A stretch of 44,591 nucleotides of DNA from an uncultured Verrucomicrobiota bacterium (GTDB taxonomy: Bacteria; Verrucomicrobiota; Kiritimatiellia; CAIKKV01). Positions 19,216 through 27,695 of the stretch are shown here, piece after piece. The translations under genes were made by a program, and so were the position numbers. The notes under the pieces were generated by a model. It had not been told where the DNA came from and did not search any database. It saw only the letters and a program-made list of their open reading frames with translations. The DNA is taken from assembly GCA_964481675.1 (NCBI GenBank), contig CAYZVY010000006.1, positions 1 to 44,591 of the forward strand, read 5' to 3'. Each line of letters starts with the position of its first letter. The first letter of the stretch is position 1.

Positions 19216-21129
19216 TTATTGCACTCCGATGTAGATGCCCCACGCCCGACCGTTATTACTGGACAGCGCGAAGAGGATCGCGTTCTTGCCCTTCTTCCAG
19301 TTGACCGCCGCCTTGAAGTTACCCTTGACGGCGGGGTTGGACGCTTTCGGTTCGGACGCGACTTCGCGGCCGTTGACCCAGACCTTGACCGGCCCGTCGG
19401 AGCCGAACCGCAGTTCACCCTTGAACGGCTTGCCGGACTTGTACGACGTGGCGATGTAGAGGATGCCGTCCTTGTTACCGTGAACGCCGCGGATGTCGAT
19501 GAAGCCGTCGGGCATCACATTGACGCGGCCCTCGATGTCCTCGCGGCACAGGCTGTCCGACGGCAGCGAAAGCTTGCGGATATCCTTGACCTGCTCCTGG
19601 AGGTTGCTCACGGCCACCTTGGTGAGGGTCACGCGCGCCCAGGCCTTTTTCGTCACCGTGCCGGGCTTCACGCGGATTCCCTTCCAGGTGGACGTTCCGC
19701 GATAATCGCCTTTGCGTTTGGCGTCCGCCAGCCGCTGTTTGGCCGCGGGAATCGCCTTCTTGTATTGGGGCAGCCATTCGGCCTGGGCCACGAGCATCTC
19801 GTCCGTCATCTGGGAGATGGCTACCGGATCGCACACCGCGCCGGTCAGCGGATCCATCATCATGGCCTGCTTGAGCAGCGCCACGTCGCCATGGACAGCC
19901 GCCTCGACGGCGAGGCGCTGGACCGAAATGGACACGTTGCAAACCGCGGCGCAACCGAGCGGCAGGGGGCCGACCTTCGGGATGTTGACGCCGTTGCGGT
20001 CCACATACCCCGGCAGTTCGACGATGGAGTCGTCCGGAAGGTTGGTGATGGCGCCGTTGTTGACGACGTTGAAGTGGCCGCGATACAGGCGGCCGGTCTC
20101 CAGTCCCTCGATGATGTAGCTGCCGTGCTCATGGCCGCGGTTTTGAGGCGTGATCGGGCGTTCCGAGGCCTTCATCCACTTCGGGAATTCCGTGTTGAAC
20201 CACTGGCGGCCTTCGCGGCAGACGCGGAGGTAGCCGCCCGTTTCGCCGTTGATCCAGGACGACAGGTTGATCCACTTCCCGATTTCCTTGACGTGCTTGC
20301 GGTACCACGGCACGTATTCCGACAGGTGGCCGTTGCTCTCGGTCGAGTAGTAGCCGAAGCGGCGGAGCATGTCGATGCGGACCTTCTCGGTGTCCTTGTA
20401 AACCGGGTGCTGCTCGAAGCCTTCGAGCAGGCGGCCGGTCCAATCCTTGCCCTTGTAGAGAACCTGCGTGTACCACGTCTGGTGATTGATGCCCGCGCAG
20501 ATGATATCGACATCCTTCGGCGTCACCGGCACGTAGCCGCGGTCGGACGGCGCCTTCTTGCCGTTCACAAGCAGCTTGATGACTTCGGCGATCTGGTGAT
20601 GGCCGCCCATGACGCCGTGGCAGAGGCCGATCGTGTTGACCTTGCCGAAATGGTTGGCCGCCCAGGTGTTCATGGCGTTCGGATTGGCGTAGTTCAGCAG
20701 GAGCGGCTTGGCGGCCGACACCGCGCGGATGTCGCGGCAGAAGTCGAGGATGGCGTTCACGTTCCGCTGGCCGTACATGATGCCGCCGGCGCACAGGGTG
20801 TCGGCCACGCACTGGTCAACGCCGTATTTAAGCGGAATCTCGATGTCGGTCTCAAACCCGGACAGCCCGCCGATGCGGACGCAGCTGATGACGTAGTTGG
20901 CACCCTCCAGGGCGCGCTTGCGGTTGGTGGTGGCCTGGATCGTGGCGGCCAGCTTGTTCTCCCGGATATCCTTGAGGCACAGCTGCGTCACCATATCGAG
21001 GTTGCGGGGGTTGATATCGGTGAAGGCGAAGCGCGTATCCCTGAATTCGGGAACGCACAGCAGATCGCGGAACAGGCCGCGCGTGAACCCGATGCTGCCC
21101 GCTCCGATGAACGCCACTTTGATTGACAT
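19216..21129 (-). CDS. melA: GH4 NAD+-dependent alpha-galactosidase/alpha-glucosidase (MelA-like) with an extra C-terminal domain
   Basis: IGAGSIGF Rossmann motif, DT...GG, NYANP, GLCHG, GINHQ, TESNGHLSEY. AGGAGG RBS. Confidence 0.85.
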   Translation of the reverse strand: MSIKVAFIGAGSIGFTRGLFRDLLCVPEFRDTRFAFTDINPRNLDMVTQLCLKDIRENKLAATIQATTNRKRALEGANYVISCVRIGGLSGFETDIEIPLKYGVDQCVADTLCAGGIMYGQRNVNAILDFCRDIRAVSAAKPLLLNYANPNAMNTWAANHFGKVNTIGLCHGVMGGHHQIAEVIKLLVNGKKAPSDRGYVPVTPKDVDIICAGINHQTWYTQVLYKGKDWTGRLLEGFEQHPVYKDTEKVRIDMLRRFGYYSTESNGHLSEYVPWYRKHVKEIGKWINLSSWINGETGGYLRVCREGRQWFNTEFPKWMKASERPITPQNRGHEHGSYIIEGLETGRLYRGHFNVVNNGAITNLPDDSIVELPGYVDRNGVNIPKVGPLPLGCAAVCNVSISVQRLAVEAAVHGDVALLKQAMMMDPLTGAVCDPVAISQMTDEMLVAQAEWLPQYKKAIPAAKQRLADAKRKGDYRGTSTWKGIRVKPGTVTKKAWARVTLTKVAVSNLQEQVKDIRKLSLPSDSLCREDIEGRVNVMPDGFIDIRGVHGNKDGILYIATSYKSGKPFKGELRFGSDGPVKVWVNGREVASEPKASNPAVKGNFKAAVNWKKGKNAILFALSSNNGRAWGIYIGVQ

Positions 21130-21162
21130 GACCCGAACCTCCTTGAACGCGTTAAATAGATT

Positions 21163-21191
21163 AAATTACTGGGATAGGACGCGGGAAACAA
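21163..21191 (-). promoter_or_regulatory. possible internal promoter for the GH4 gene
   Basis: Minus strand reads TTGTTT-17 nt-TAATTT in an AT-rich 81-nt gap. Confidence 0.3.
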
Positions 21192-21210
21192 GGAGAAAAG
21201 GGTTCTTATC

Positions 21211-24200
21211 CTAATCGTACAAGAGCTTCCCCAGGGTCAGCCGAAGGGTGATGATTTCAAAGGGCTTGAAGGACAGGCTCATCGCGCCCTTGCGCACGGC
21301 CAGCGGACGGGAAGGCGCCTCCTCCAGCATGTTCGTCCGGACCGCCCGCGCCACGGACAGCGCCGTCATCAGGACGCACTCCGTCTGCGCGTGCTTGGAC
21401 TCGTAAAGGCGCACGATGCAGTCGCCGCTGCCGTCCTCGGCCGGCTTCACGGCCTCGATGACGACATTCGGCGCGTCCACCTGGAAGAGCGACGTCTCCA
21501 CCGCCGTTCCCGGCTGGAAGCCAGCCGGCACGTTGAGGTCGTAGGCTTCCCGCACCACGCCCGACTGGAAGAACGGGCCGTTCCAGGCATAGAAGGAATA
21601 CGTGAACTCCTGCAGTCCCATATCGGCGGTGGCGTCCGGTTGCTTCGGCGAGCGCAGCAGGGTCAGCTGGATCGCGCCGCCGATCACGTTCACGCCATAC
21701 TTGCAGTCGTTCAGGACGGCGGCTCCGCGATTCCCCTCCTCCACCGCGGTCCACTTCTGGTTGCACACCTCGAAGCGGTCGGCGTCGAAGGGCAGCGAAC
21801 GGTGGCCCGGCCGGGCGAGATGGCCGAACTGGATGTCGTGCAGGGCGTCCTGCGCGTGCAGTCCGGTGGGAAACGCCACCTTGAGCAGGCGGTGCTTTTC
21901 CTGCCAGTCCACGACCGTCTTGAAATCGAGCCGCCGGCTGCCGCGGCGCAGCCAGACTTCCTGGGTCAGGCGCGAGCGGCTGATCTTGCGGGTGATCCGC
22001 AGCACCGCGGCGAGCGGGCCCTCGGTCACCACCTCGATGGCCGCCTTGCCGGTCAGGGGAACCTCGAAGAGCTCGTAGTTGGAATCGATGTCCCAGGCGT
22101 CATAGGCGCGAGGCACATCCTTGAAGAGGCGGAACCGGTTCATCGGGGCGGCGGCCAGCTCGGCGCCCGTCTCCTTGTCCAGCAGGCTGACGATCTCGCC
22201 CTGCTCATTGAACGCGGCGCGGATGAACTCGTTTTCCAGCGAGCGGGCCGTGGCCCTGGGTCCGGCTACCGGCGCGGCGGCCGCGGGCGCGGCCCGAAGG
22301 CTGGTCCAGCCGCAAGCCGGAACCGTGACCTCGGCAAAATGGTCACGCCCGATGGTCTGCACGGTCAGCGGGCGGCCGCCGGCTTCCGCGCCCTCCACGC
22401 CCTTGGGCAGCGGCACCAGCACCGGCCGGGGCCACGACAGGGAATTGAAGACGGTCACGGCTCCGGGCCCGGGTTTCGTCAGCGCCTGGCGGGACGACTC
22501 GGACTCCTGGTCGGCATCGCGGAGCACCTGCTGGTGAAGCGCCTCGGCCTCCTCGTAAACGCGGTGGATGGACGAGCCCGGCAGGATGTCATGGAACTGG
22601 TTCAGCAGGACGCCTTTCCAGAGCTCGTCGGCCTTCTCCAGGGGATAGGCCTTGCCCGCCAGGGCCGAGGCGGCCACGCCCCACAGCTCCATCTCGCGCA
22701 GGGCCAGCTCGCACTTGCGGTTGCCCCGCTTGACGCGCGCCTGTGAGGTATACGTGCCGCGATGGGCCTGGAAATAGAGCTCGCCCACGAAAACCGGAAG
22801 CGTGCGCGGCTTCTTCAGCTCGTCCTTGCAGAAGTCCACGGGACCCGCGATGCGGCAGCGCGGGGCCCCTTCCAGGTCCTTCTGGCGCCGGAGGAATTCC
22901 AGGTGCTGGCGGGTCGGCCCGCCGCCGCCGTCGCCCCAGCCGAACGGAATCATGCGGGCGTCGATGCCGTCCTTCTGGAACCGCTCGCTCCAGCGCTTGA
23001 TCAGGCGGGCGGGCGTGGTCGGCGAGTTGTAATCCTGGTGCAGGTGCGTGAACACGCGGGTGCCGTCGATCCCCTCCCACCAGAAGGTCTGGACCTTCAT
23101 CGGCAGCTCGCTGTTGTAGTTCCAGGAGATCTTCTGCGTGGAGAAATACTTGATCCCGCAGCCCGCCATGATCTGCGGCAGCGCGCCGGAATAGCCGAAC
23201 ACGTCGGGCAGCCACATGAGCTCGCTGGCGACGCCGAACTCGTCCTTGAAAAAGCGCTTGCCGTGGATGAACTGGCGGATCATCGCCTCGCCGCCCGCCA
23301 CGTTCGTGTCGCATTCCACCCACATGCCGCCCTCGGCCTGCCAGCGTCCGTCCCGGACAGCCTTCTGGATGCGGCCGTACAGCTCGGGATACAGCCGCTT
23401 GGTCATGCGATACAGGTGCGGCTGGCTCTGGAAGAAGACGAATTCGGGATACTGGTCGATCAGCGCCAGCTGCGCGCCGAAGGTGCGGGCGCACTTGCGC
23501 TCCGTCTCCGCCAGGGGCCAGAGCCACGCCACATCGATGTGCGAGTGGCCGAAGCAGTAGAACTCGGGCGCGGTGCTGCCGTTCCGGCAGTCCAGCGCCG
23601 GCGCGAGCACGGCCCGCGCCTCCCGGAGCGCGCCGATCCGATCGGCGGCCGGCAGTTCGGGGTCGAACGCCACGCAGAAATCGCGCAGCGCATCATCGAT
23701 TTTGGAAACACGCAGGCTGTCCGGGTCGAGACAATCGCGAACGTCCAGCAGCGTCTGGAGATCCACCCAGGCCTGGAACGCCTCCTCTTCCCAGATTCCA
23801 AACGAAACCGCCGGAATCGTTTTCTGATGCTCGGGCGGCTCGGGAACGCCGGACTCCTCGTCCAGCACGGGACCGGATCCGCACGGCGTGGGACCGTGCC
23901 CGGCGTACAGCTCGATCAGCACGTCGTAGCATTTGCCGGCGGCCCCTTTTGGAGTCAGCAGCACCTCGGGGTGCGCCCAGTCGCACGCGCCGGCGTCGCG
24001 GCCGTTGACGATGAAGCGGCCTTCGCCGCCGGGATTGACGGTGAAGGAGCCGCTCTCCCCGCAGCGGAACACGATCTTCTTCCCCCGGGCCCGGGGAGGC
24101 AGTTCCACGCGGGCGCGCAGCCAGGCGTATTCCCACTTGGCGCCCCACGGCTTCCCCGCCGGCATCCGGGCAAAGGTTTGCGCCGTGGCCTCCTCGATGG

Positions 24201-24321
24201 GCAGCTGCCGGAACGTTTTAAAGCCGGTCAGCGGGACGTCCGCCAGCTTGACGTAAATCATGCGGCCGATCGCATCGCGCCACTGTTCAATCTTTGCCCG
24301 CCATTCCGCATTTAAGGCCAT
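21211..24321 (-). CDS. GH38 alpha-mannosidase (class 2C-like), cytoplasmic
   Basis: HSHIDVAWLW, WLPDVFG (nucleophile), GWGDGGGG, GELYFQAHRGTYTSQ, FHDILPGS, LNDCKYG. Start ATG 24321 with AAGGAG RBS. Confidence 0.9.
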   Translation of the reverse strand: MALNAEWRAKIEQWRDAIGRMIYVKLADVPLTGFKTFRQLPIEEATAQTFARMPAGKPWGAKWEYAWLRARVELPPRARGKKIVFRCGESGSFTVNPGGEGRFIVNGRDAGACDWAHPEVLLTPKGAAGKCYDVLIELYAGHGPTPCGSGPVLDEESGVPEPPEHQKTIPAVSFGIWEEEAFQAWVDLQTLLDVRDCLDPDSLRVSKIDDALRDFCVAFDPELPAADRIGALREARAVLAPALDCRNGSTAPEFYCFGHSHIDVAWLWPLAETERKCARTFGAQLALIDQYPEFVFFQSQPHLYRMTKRLYPELYGRIQKAVRDGRWQAEGGMWVECDTNVAGGEAMIRQFIHGKRFFKDEFGVASELMWLPDVFGYSGALPQIMAGCGIKYFSTQKISWNYNSELPMKVQTFWWEGIDGTRVFTHLHQDYNSPTTPARLIKRWSERFQKDGIDARMIPFGWGDGGGGPTRQHLEFLRRQKDLEGAPRCRIAGPVDFCKDELKKPRTLPVFVGELYFQAHRGTYTSQARVKRGNRKCELALREMELWGVAASALAGKAYPLEKADELWKGVLLNQFHDILPGSSIHRVYEEAEALHQQVLRDADQESESSRQALTKPGPGAVTVFNSLSWPRPVLVPLPKGVEGAEAGGRPLTVQTIGRDHFAEVTVPACGWTSLRAAPAAAAPVAGPRATARSLENEFIRAAFNEQGEIVSLLDKETGAELAAAPMNRFRLFKDVPRAYDAWDIDSNYELFEVPLTGKAAIEVVTEGPLAAVLRITRKISRSRLTQEVWLRRGSRRLDFKTVVDWQEKHRLLKVAFPTGLHAQDALHDIQFGHLARPGHRSLPFDADRFEVCNQKWTAVEEGNRGAAVLNDCKYGVNVIGGAIQLTLLRSPKQPDATADMGLQEFTYSFYAWNGPFFQSGVVREAYDLNVPAGFQPGTAVETSLFQVDAPNVVIEAVKPAEDGSGDCIVRLYESKHAQTECVLMTALSVARAVRTNMLEEAPSRPLAVRKGAMSLSFKPFEIITLRLTLGKLLYD

Positions 24322-24438
24322 GCCGTAATCTCCTTCGAATAAAGGTCGCATGATGGCAAGGCAGGTCTCAATATGCAACGCCTTTTTAGTGGCAACCGCA
24401 CCTGATCCTGCTAAACTAACCGCTCAAAGGGAACCATT

Positions 24439-25206
24439 ATGCTGAATGGGCTGGATTGCGATTTCGGAATCGGGTTGAACGGCATCGGGCTTCTTGCTAC
24501 GCCGGAACCCGCCGATGCGCTTGCCGTTCTGGACCGCTACGGCCTCCGCGAAGCCCTCGTCTACGATCGCGGGGCGTTCGAAGCGGGGTCCCTGGACACG
24601 GTCGACCGCCTCCTCGGCTACTGCGGCCGGTCCGGCGGCCGGCTGCATCCCACCCTTCATGTGGTGCCGCCCGCGACGGGCGAACAGCCGCCGCCCGAGA
24701 CCCTGATCGGCCGCTGCCTGGAAGGCGGCATCCGGGCGCTCCGCGTGGCGCCCACCTATCACCGCTATCTGTGCGATTCCCGCTCCATGGGCCCCCTCCT
24801 CCGCCTGATGGAACAGCACGCCATGCCGCTGCTGCATTCCAACATGATGGTGCAGGATCATCCCTGGGATCACGCCCCCGCCTGGCGCGATATCCGGGAC
24901 ATTGCCCGGGCTTTCCCGAAGCTGCCCGTCGTGGTGTTGTATACGGGCATGCTCCAGGGCCGCTCCCTCTTCCCGCTGCTGGCCGAATGCCCGAATGTGC
25001 TGGCCGACCTGACCTGTTTTTCCTTCCGGTATATCGAGGATGTCACGGCCCGCTTCGGCTCCGACCGGCTGGTGCTGGCCTCCCATTTCCCCTGCGAGGA
25101 TCCGGGCGGTTACGCGGCCTGGGTCGCCTATGCCGGCATTTCCGAGGCCGACCGCGCCCGGATCGCCGGCGACACGATGCGGCGCCTTCTCGGGGAGGTG
25201 CGATGA
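24439..25206 (+). CDS. amidohydrolase-fold protein with degenerate metal site
   Basis: Amidohydro_2-like layout (GIRALRV.P, FPKLPVV, PNV.AD, FGSDRLV), but DCDFG replaces DxHxH and ASHFP replaces GSDxP. Confidence 0.7.
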   Translation: MLNGLDCDFGIGLNGIGLLATPEPADALAVLDRYGLREALVYDRGAFEAGSLDTVDRLLGYCGRSGGRLHPTLHVVPPATGEQPPPETLIGRCLEGGIRALRVAPTYHRYLCDSRSMGPLLRLMEQHAMPLLHSNMMVQDHPWDHAPAWRDIRDIARAFPKLPVVVLYTGMLQGRSLFPLLAECPNVLADLTCFSFRYIEDVTARFGSDRLVLASHFPCEDPGGYAAWVAYAGISEADRARIAGDTMRRLLGEVR

Positions 25207-26036
25207 AAACCATCCGCCAATGCGTGGCCGCGGGCAGCCCCATCGAGGCGCCCTTCATCGATGCCCACGGCCATTTCGGGCCCTGGCCCGAGACCGTGAT
25301 CCCGGACGCCCTGGATTATGAAAAGAATATCGCCGAAATGGACCGGTTCGGCTGCGACATGGTGTGGATGAGCACGTCCAATCCAGGATATGCGGACGAC
25401 CTGAGCCGGAAGAACGACACGGTGCTCGCTTTCGCCGCGCGTTATCCGGAGCGGATCATTCCCTACTGCACGCTGTCCGCCTTCGAGCCGGAACGGAACG
25501 TGGCCGAGCTGAAACGCTGCCTGGCCAGCGGACCCTGCATCGGCGTCAAGATGCACCGCTACCGCCAGCCGGGCTATACCATGAAAAGCGATTTTCTGCA
25601 GCCGGTCCTGGAACTGCTGCAGGAACACCGGCTGCTTTACATGAACCATGCGTTCCCGAACATCCCGGACCTGGAATGGGCCTGCGGCCGCTATCCGGAC
25701 GTGACCTTCATGGAAGGCCATTTCGCGGCATCATATGCCGATCTCACCCTGAAGGTGCCGAATTTCGTCGACTGCACCTGTGCGGCCCTGCATGTCCGGG
25801 AGGTGGAAAACCAGGTCGTCAGGACGGGCCGCGCCGACACGCTGCTGGTCGGCAGCGATTTTTCCCTTTTTTCGCTGGCCTTCGGCATCGGGCAGATTGC
25901 ATACTCGGCGATGTCCGAGGACGATCAGCGGGCGATCCTGGGGATGAACGCCATCCGCATCATGGAGCGCACCAGCTGGTTTAAACGGGACATGATCGCG
26001 AAATTGAACGGCGGGCAAACAACAACAAGGAGATAG
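25203..26036 (+). CDS. amidohydrolase family protein (Amidohydro_2)
   Basis: IDAHGH, GVKMH, NH, EGH, VGSDF. True start is ATG 25203 (ATGA overlap); the track's 24456 start is an upstream extension. Confidence 0.8.
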   Translation: MKTIRQCVAAGSPIEAPFIDAHGHFGPWPETVIPDALDYEKNIAEMDRFGCDMVWMSTSNPGYADDLSRKNDTVLAFAARYPERIIPYCTLSAFEPERNVAELKRCLASGPCIGVKMHRYRQPGYTMKSDFLQPVLELLQEHRLLYMNHAFPNIPDLEWACGRYPDVTFMEGHFAASYADLTLKVPNFVDCTCAALHVREVENQVVRTGRADTLLVGSDFSLFSLAFGIGQIAYSAMSEDDQRAILGMNAIRIMERTSWFKRDMIAKLNGGQTTTRR

Positions 26037-26038
26037 TC

Positions 26039-26572
26039 ATGGAACTCAAGGGCTCGAAGACGGAAAAGAATCTGAAGGAAGCGTTCGCGGGCGAATCGCA
26101 GGCCCGGAACAAATACACCTACTTTGCTTCCACGGCGAAGAAAGAGGGCTTCGAACAGATCGCCGAGATTTTCCTGAAGACGGCCGAGGAAGAGAAGACG
26201 CATGCGAAGCTTCACTTCAAGGCCCTGGGCGGCATCGGCGACACCCTTGCCAACCTGAAGGCGGCGGCGGCGGGAGAAGGCGGGGAATGGACCGACATGT
26301 ATCCCCGAATGGCCAAGGAAGCGCGCGAAGAGGGTTTTGAGGACATCGCCCGCATCTTTGAGGGCATCGGCAAGATCGAGAAGACCCACCAGGAGCGGTA
26401 CCAGACTCTGCTCAAGAGCATGGAAGACGGCACCCTGTTCCAGAAACCGGCGAAGGTCGCGTGGCACTGCCGGGAATGCGGCCTCATTTACGAAGGCGCC
26501 AAGGCGCTTGAGAAGTGCCCGATCTGCGGCCATCCGAAGGCCTTTTTCGAAGTCAATCCGACAGTCGGGTAA
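26039..26572 (+). CDS. rbr: rubrerythrin
   Basis: LKGSKTEKNL..AFAGESQARNKY, EExxH di-iron motifs, C-terminal rubredoxin CxxC...CxxC. Confidence 0.93.
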   Translation: MELKGSKTEKNLKEAFAGESQARNKYTYFASTAKKEGFEQIAEIFLKTAEEEKTHAKLHFKALGGIGDTLANLKAAAAGEGGEWTDMYPRMAKEAREEGFEDIARIFEGIGKIEKTHQERYQTLLKSMEDGTLFQKPAKVAWHCRECGLIYEGAKALEKCPICGHPKAFFEVNPTVG

Positions 26573-27455
26573 CGGCCTGCTGACGCGCCTTCTCGAACTC
26601 CGGGCTGGCCAGCCAGCCCGGAGTCGGGATCCACACGCTGCGGAATCCCAGGTGGAAGTAGGTGCTGTCGTTTTCGAATCCCATCCGCTTGCAGGCGTAA
26701 CCGCTTTTGGCCCCGTGGTAGAACGATCCGCCCCGGACGCAGCGGTTGCTCGCGCTGTTATACCCCGCCATGCGGCCCGCCTCCGGATTACCCGGATAGG
26801 GCGTCACGCGACCATCCGTCCATTCATACTGGTTGCCGATCATGTCCAGGCAGCCATAAGGCGACGCCCCTTTCGGATGGCTGCCGACCTTATCATACGA
26901 GTGGTCCCGTGTGTGGGGCCCCAGGTTTGCCAGTTCGGGCGTCGGCGGCGTGTTGCCCCAGGGCCAGAAGCGGCCGTCGGTTCCCCGGCACGCCTTTTCC
27001 CACTGCGCGTCGCTGGGCAGCGCCTTGCCTGCCCAGGCGGCATAGGCTTTGGCCGCCTCCTGGCTGACCTCGCCCACGGGAAACGACGCGTCATTGGTTT
27101 TGCCGAAATGCCCTGACACTTCCCGGGGCGTACCGGTGAATCCGGTGGACTGGACAAACCGCTCCCACTGTCCCACCGTCGTTTCCGTGCGGTCGATGAA
27201 ATAGCCGGGCAGCTCCACGGTCCGCTTCGGATAGCACTCCCACATCCACAGCTGGGCGGCGTCCCTGGCACCCAGCGCCCGGGCCACCGTATCGGCCTCG
27301 GCGGGGTCGAGTCCCATGATGAACGGGCCGGCCGGCACGTAGACCATGACGGCACCGTCGACCGGATGCACGATGGCGGTTCCCGCGGGCGGCTCGGCGG
27401 CCTTTAGCAGAACGGGAATAACGGCCGCCACGATAAGAGCTGAAAGAATGCGCAT
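26553..27455 (-). CDS. secreted SUMF1/FGE-sulfatase-domain protein lacking the FGE catalytic cysteines
   Basis: MVYVPAGPFIMG, LPSDAQWEKACRG, SPYGCLDM.GN..EW, RGGS, LGFR. Start ATG 27455 with GGAGG RBS and a signal peptide. Confidence 0.85.
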   Translation of the reverse strand: MRILSALIVAAVIPVLLKAAEPPAGTAIVHPVDGAVMVYVPAGPFIMGLDPAEADTVARALGARDAAQLWMWECYPKRTVELPGYFIDRTETTVGQWERFVQSTGFTGTPREVSGHFGKTNDASFPVGEVSQEAAKAYAAWAGKALPSDAQWEKACRGTDGRFWPWGNTPPTPELANLGPHTRDHSYDKVGSHPKGASPYGCLDMIGNQYEWTDGRVTPYPGNPEAGRMAGYNSASNRCVRGGSFYHGAKSGYACKRMGFENDSTYFHLGFRSVWIPTPGWLASPEFEKARQQAVTRLSD

Positions 27456-27525
27456 AACAGTCCTCCTCCGGTACATCTTCGCATCGTACTGGATTTGTTG
27501 CGGAAATGGAACACCTGTGTCACAT

Positions 27526-27620
27526 GAATGTGGGAGCGCGGGAATGTGGGAGCGCGGCACCGCCCGCGCGATGAGGCGCAAGTCTGCGCTTCTCGCGCCA
27601 ACGGGGTGGCGCTCCCACAT
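27526..27620 (+). repeat. REPIN-like GTGG-REP doublet, copy 1 (with 16-bp tandem duplication of its left end)
   Basis: 12-bp terminal inverted repeat ATGTGGGAGCGC/GCGCTCCCACAT (27544-27555, 27609-27620). GAATGTGGGAGCGCGG occurs twice in tandem (27526-27557). Confidence 0.85.
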
Positions 27621-27642
27621 CCCGAGATTATGCAAATTCTTC

Positions 27643-27692
27643 TTGCACGCCCGCTGTATTGCACTACAATCTCTACTAAATCGATAGGAATT
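27643..27692 (+). promoter_or_regulatory. sigma70 promoter plus putative Rrf2 operator
   Basis: TTGCAC-16 nt-TACAAT (27643-27670), overlapped by the AT-rich imperfect palindrome AATCTCTACTAAATCGATAGGAATT (27668-27692) just before the ATG. Confidence 0.6.
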
Positions 27693-27695
27693 AAG

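Noticed and set aside
19215-19418. N-terminal extension of the DegT ORF
   Set aside because: Overlaps the GH4 3' end in another frame; homology-like sequence begins at MKTDSKKLAVNGG (19214)
19045-21126. 693-aa plus-strand ORF
   Set aside because: Antisense shadow of the GH4 gene with no motifs; expected from GC-rich codon bias
24456-25202. N-terminal 249 aa of the 526-aa ORF, as a possible fusion or frameshift product
   Set aside because: Arg/Pro-rich off-frame read of the upstream amidohydrolase; the real gene starts at the ATGA overlap at 25203 after a GGAGG RBS
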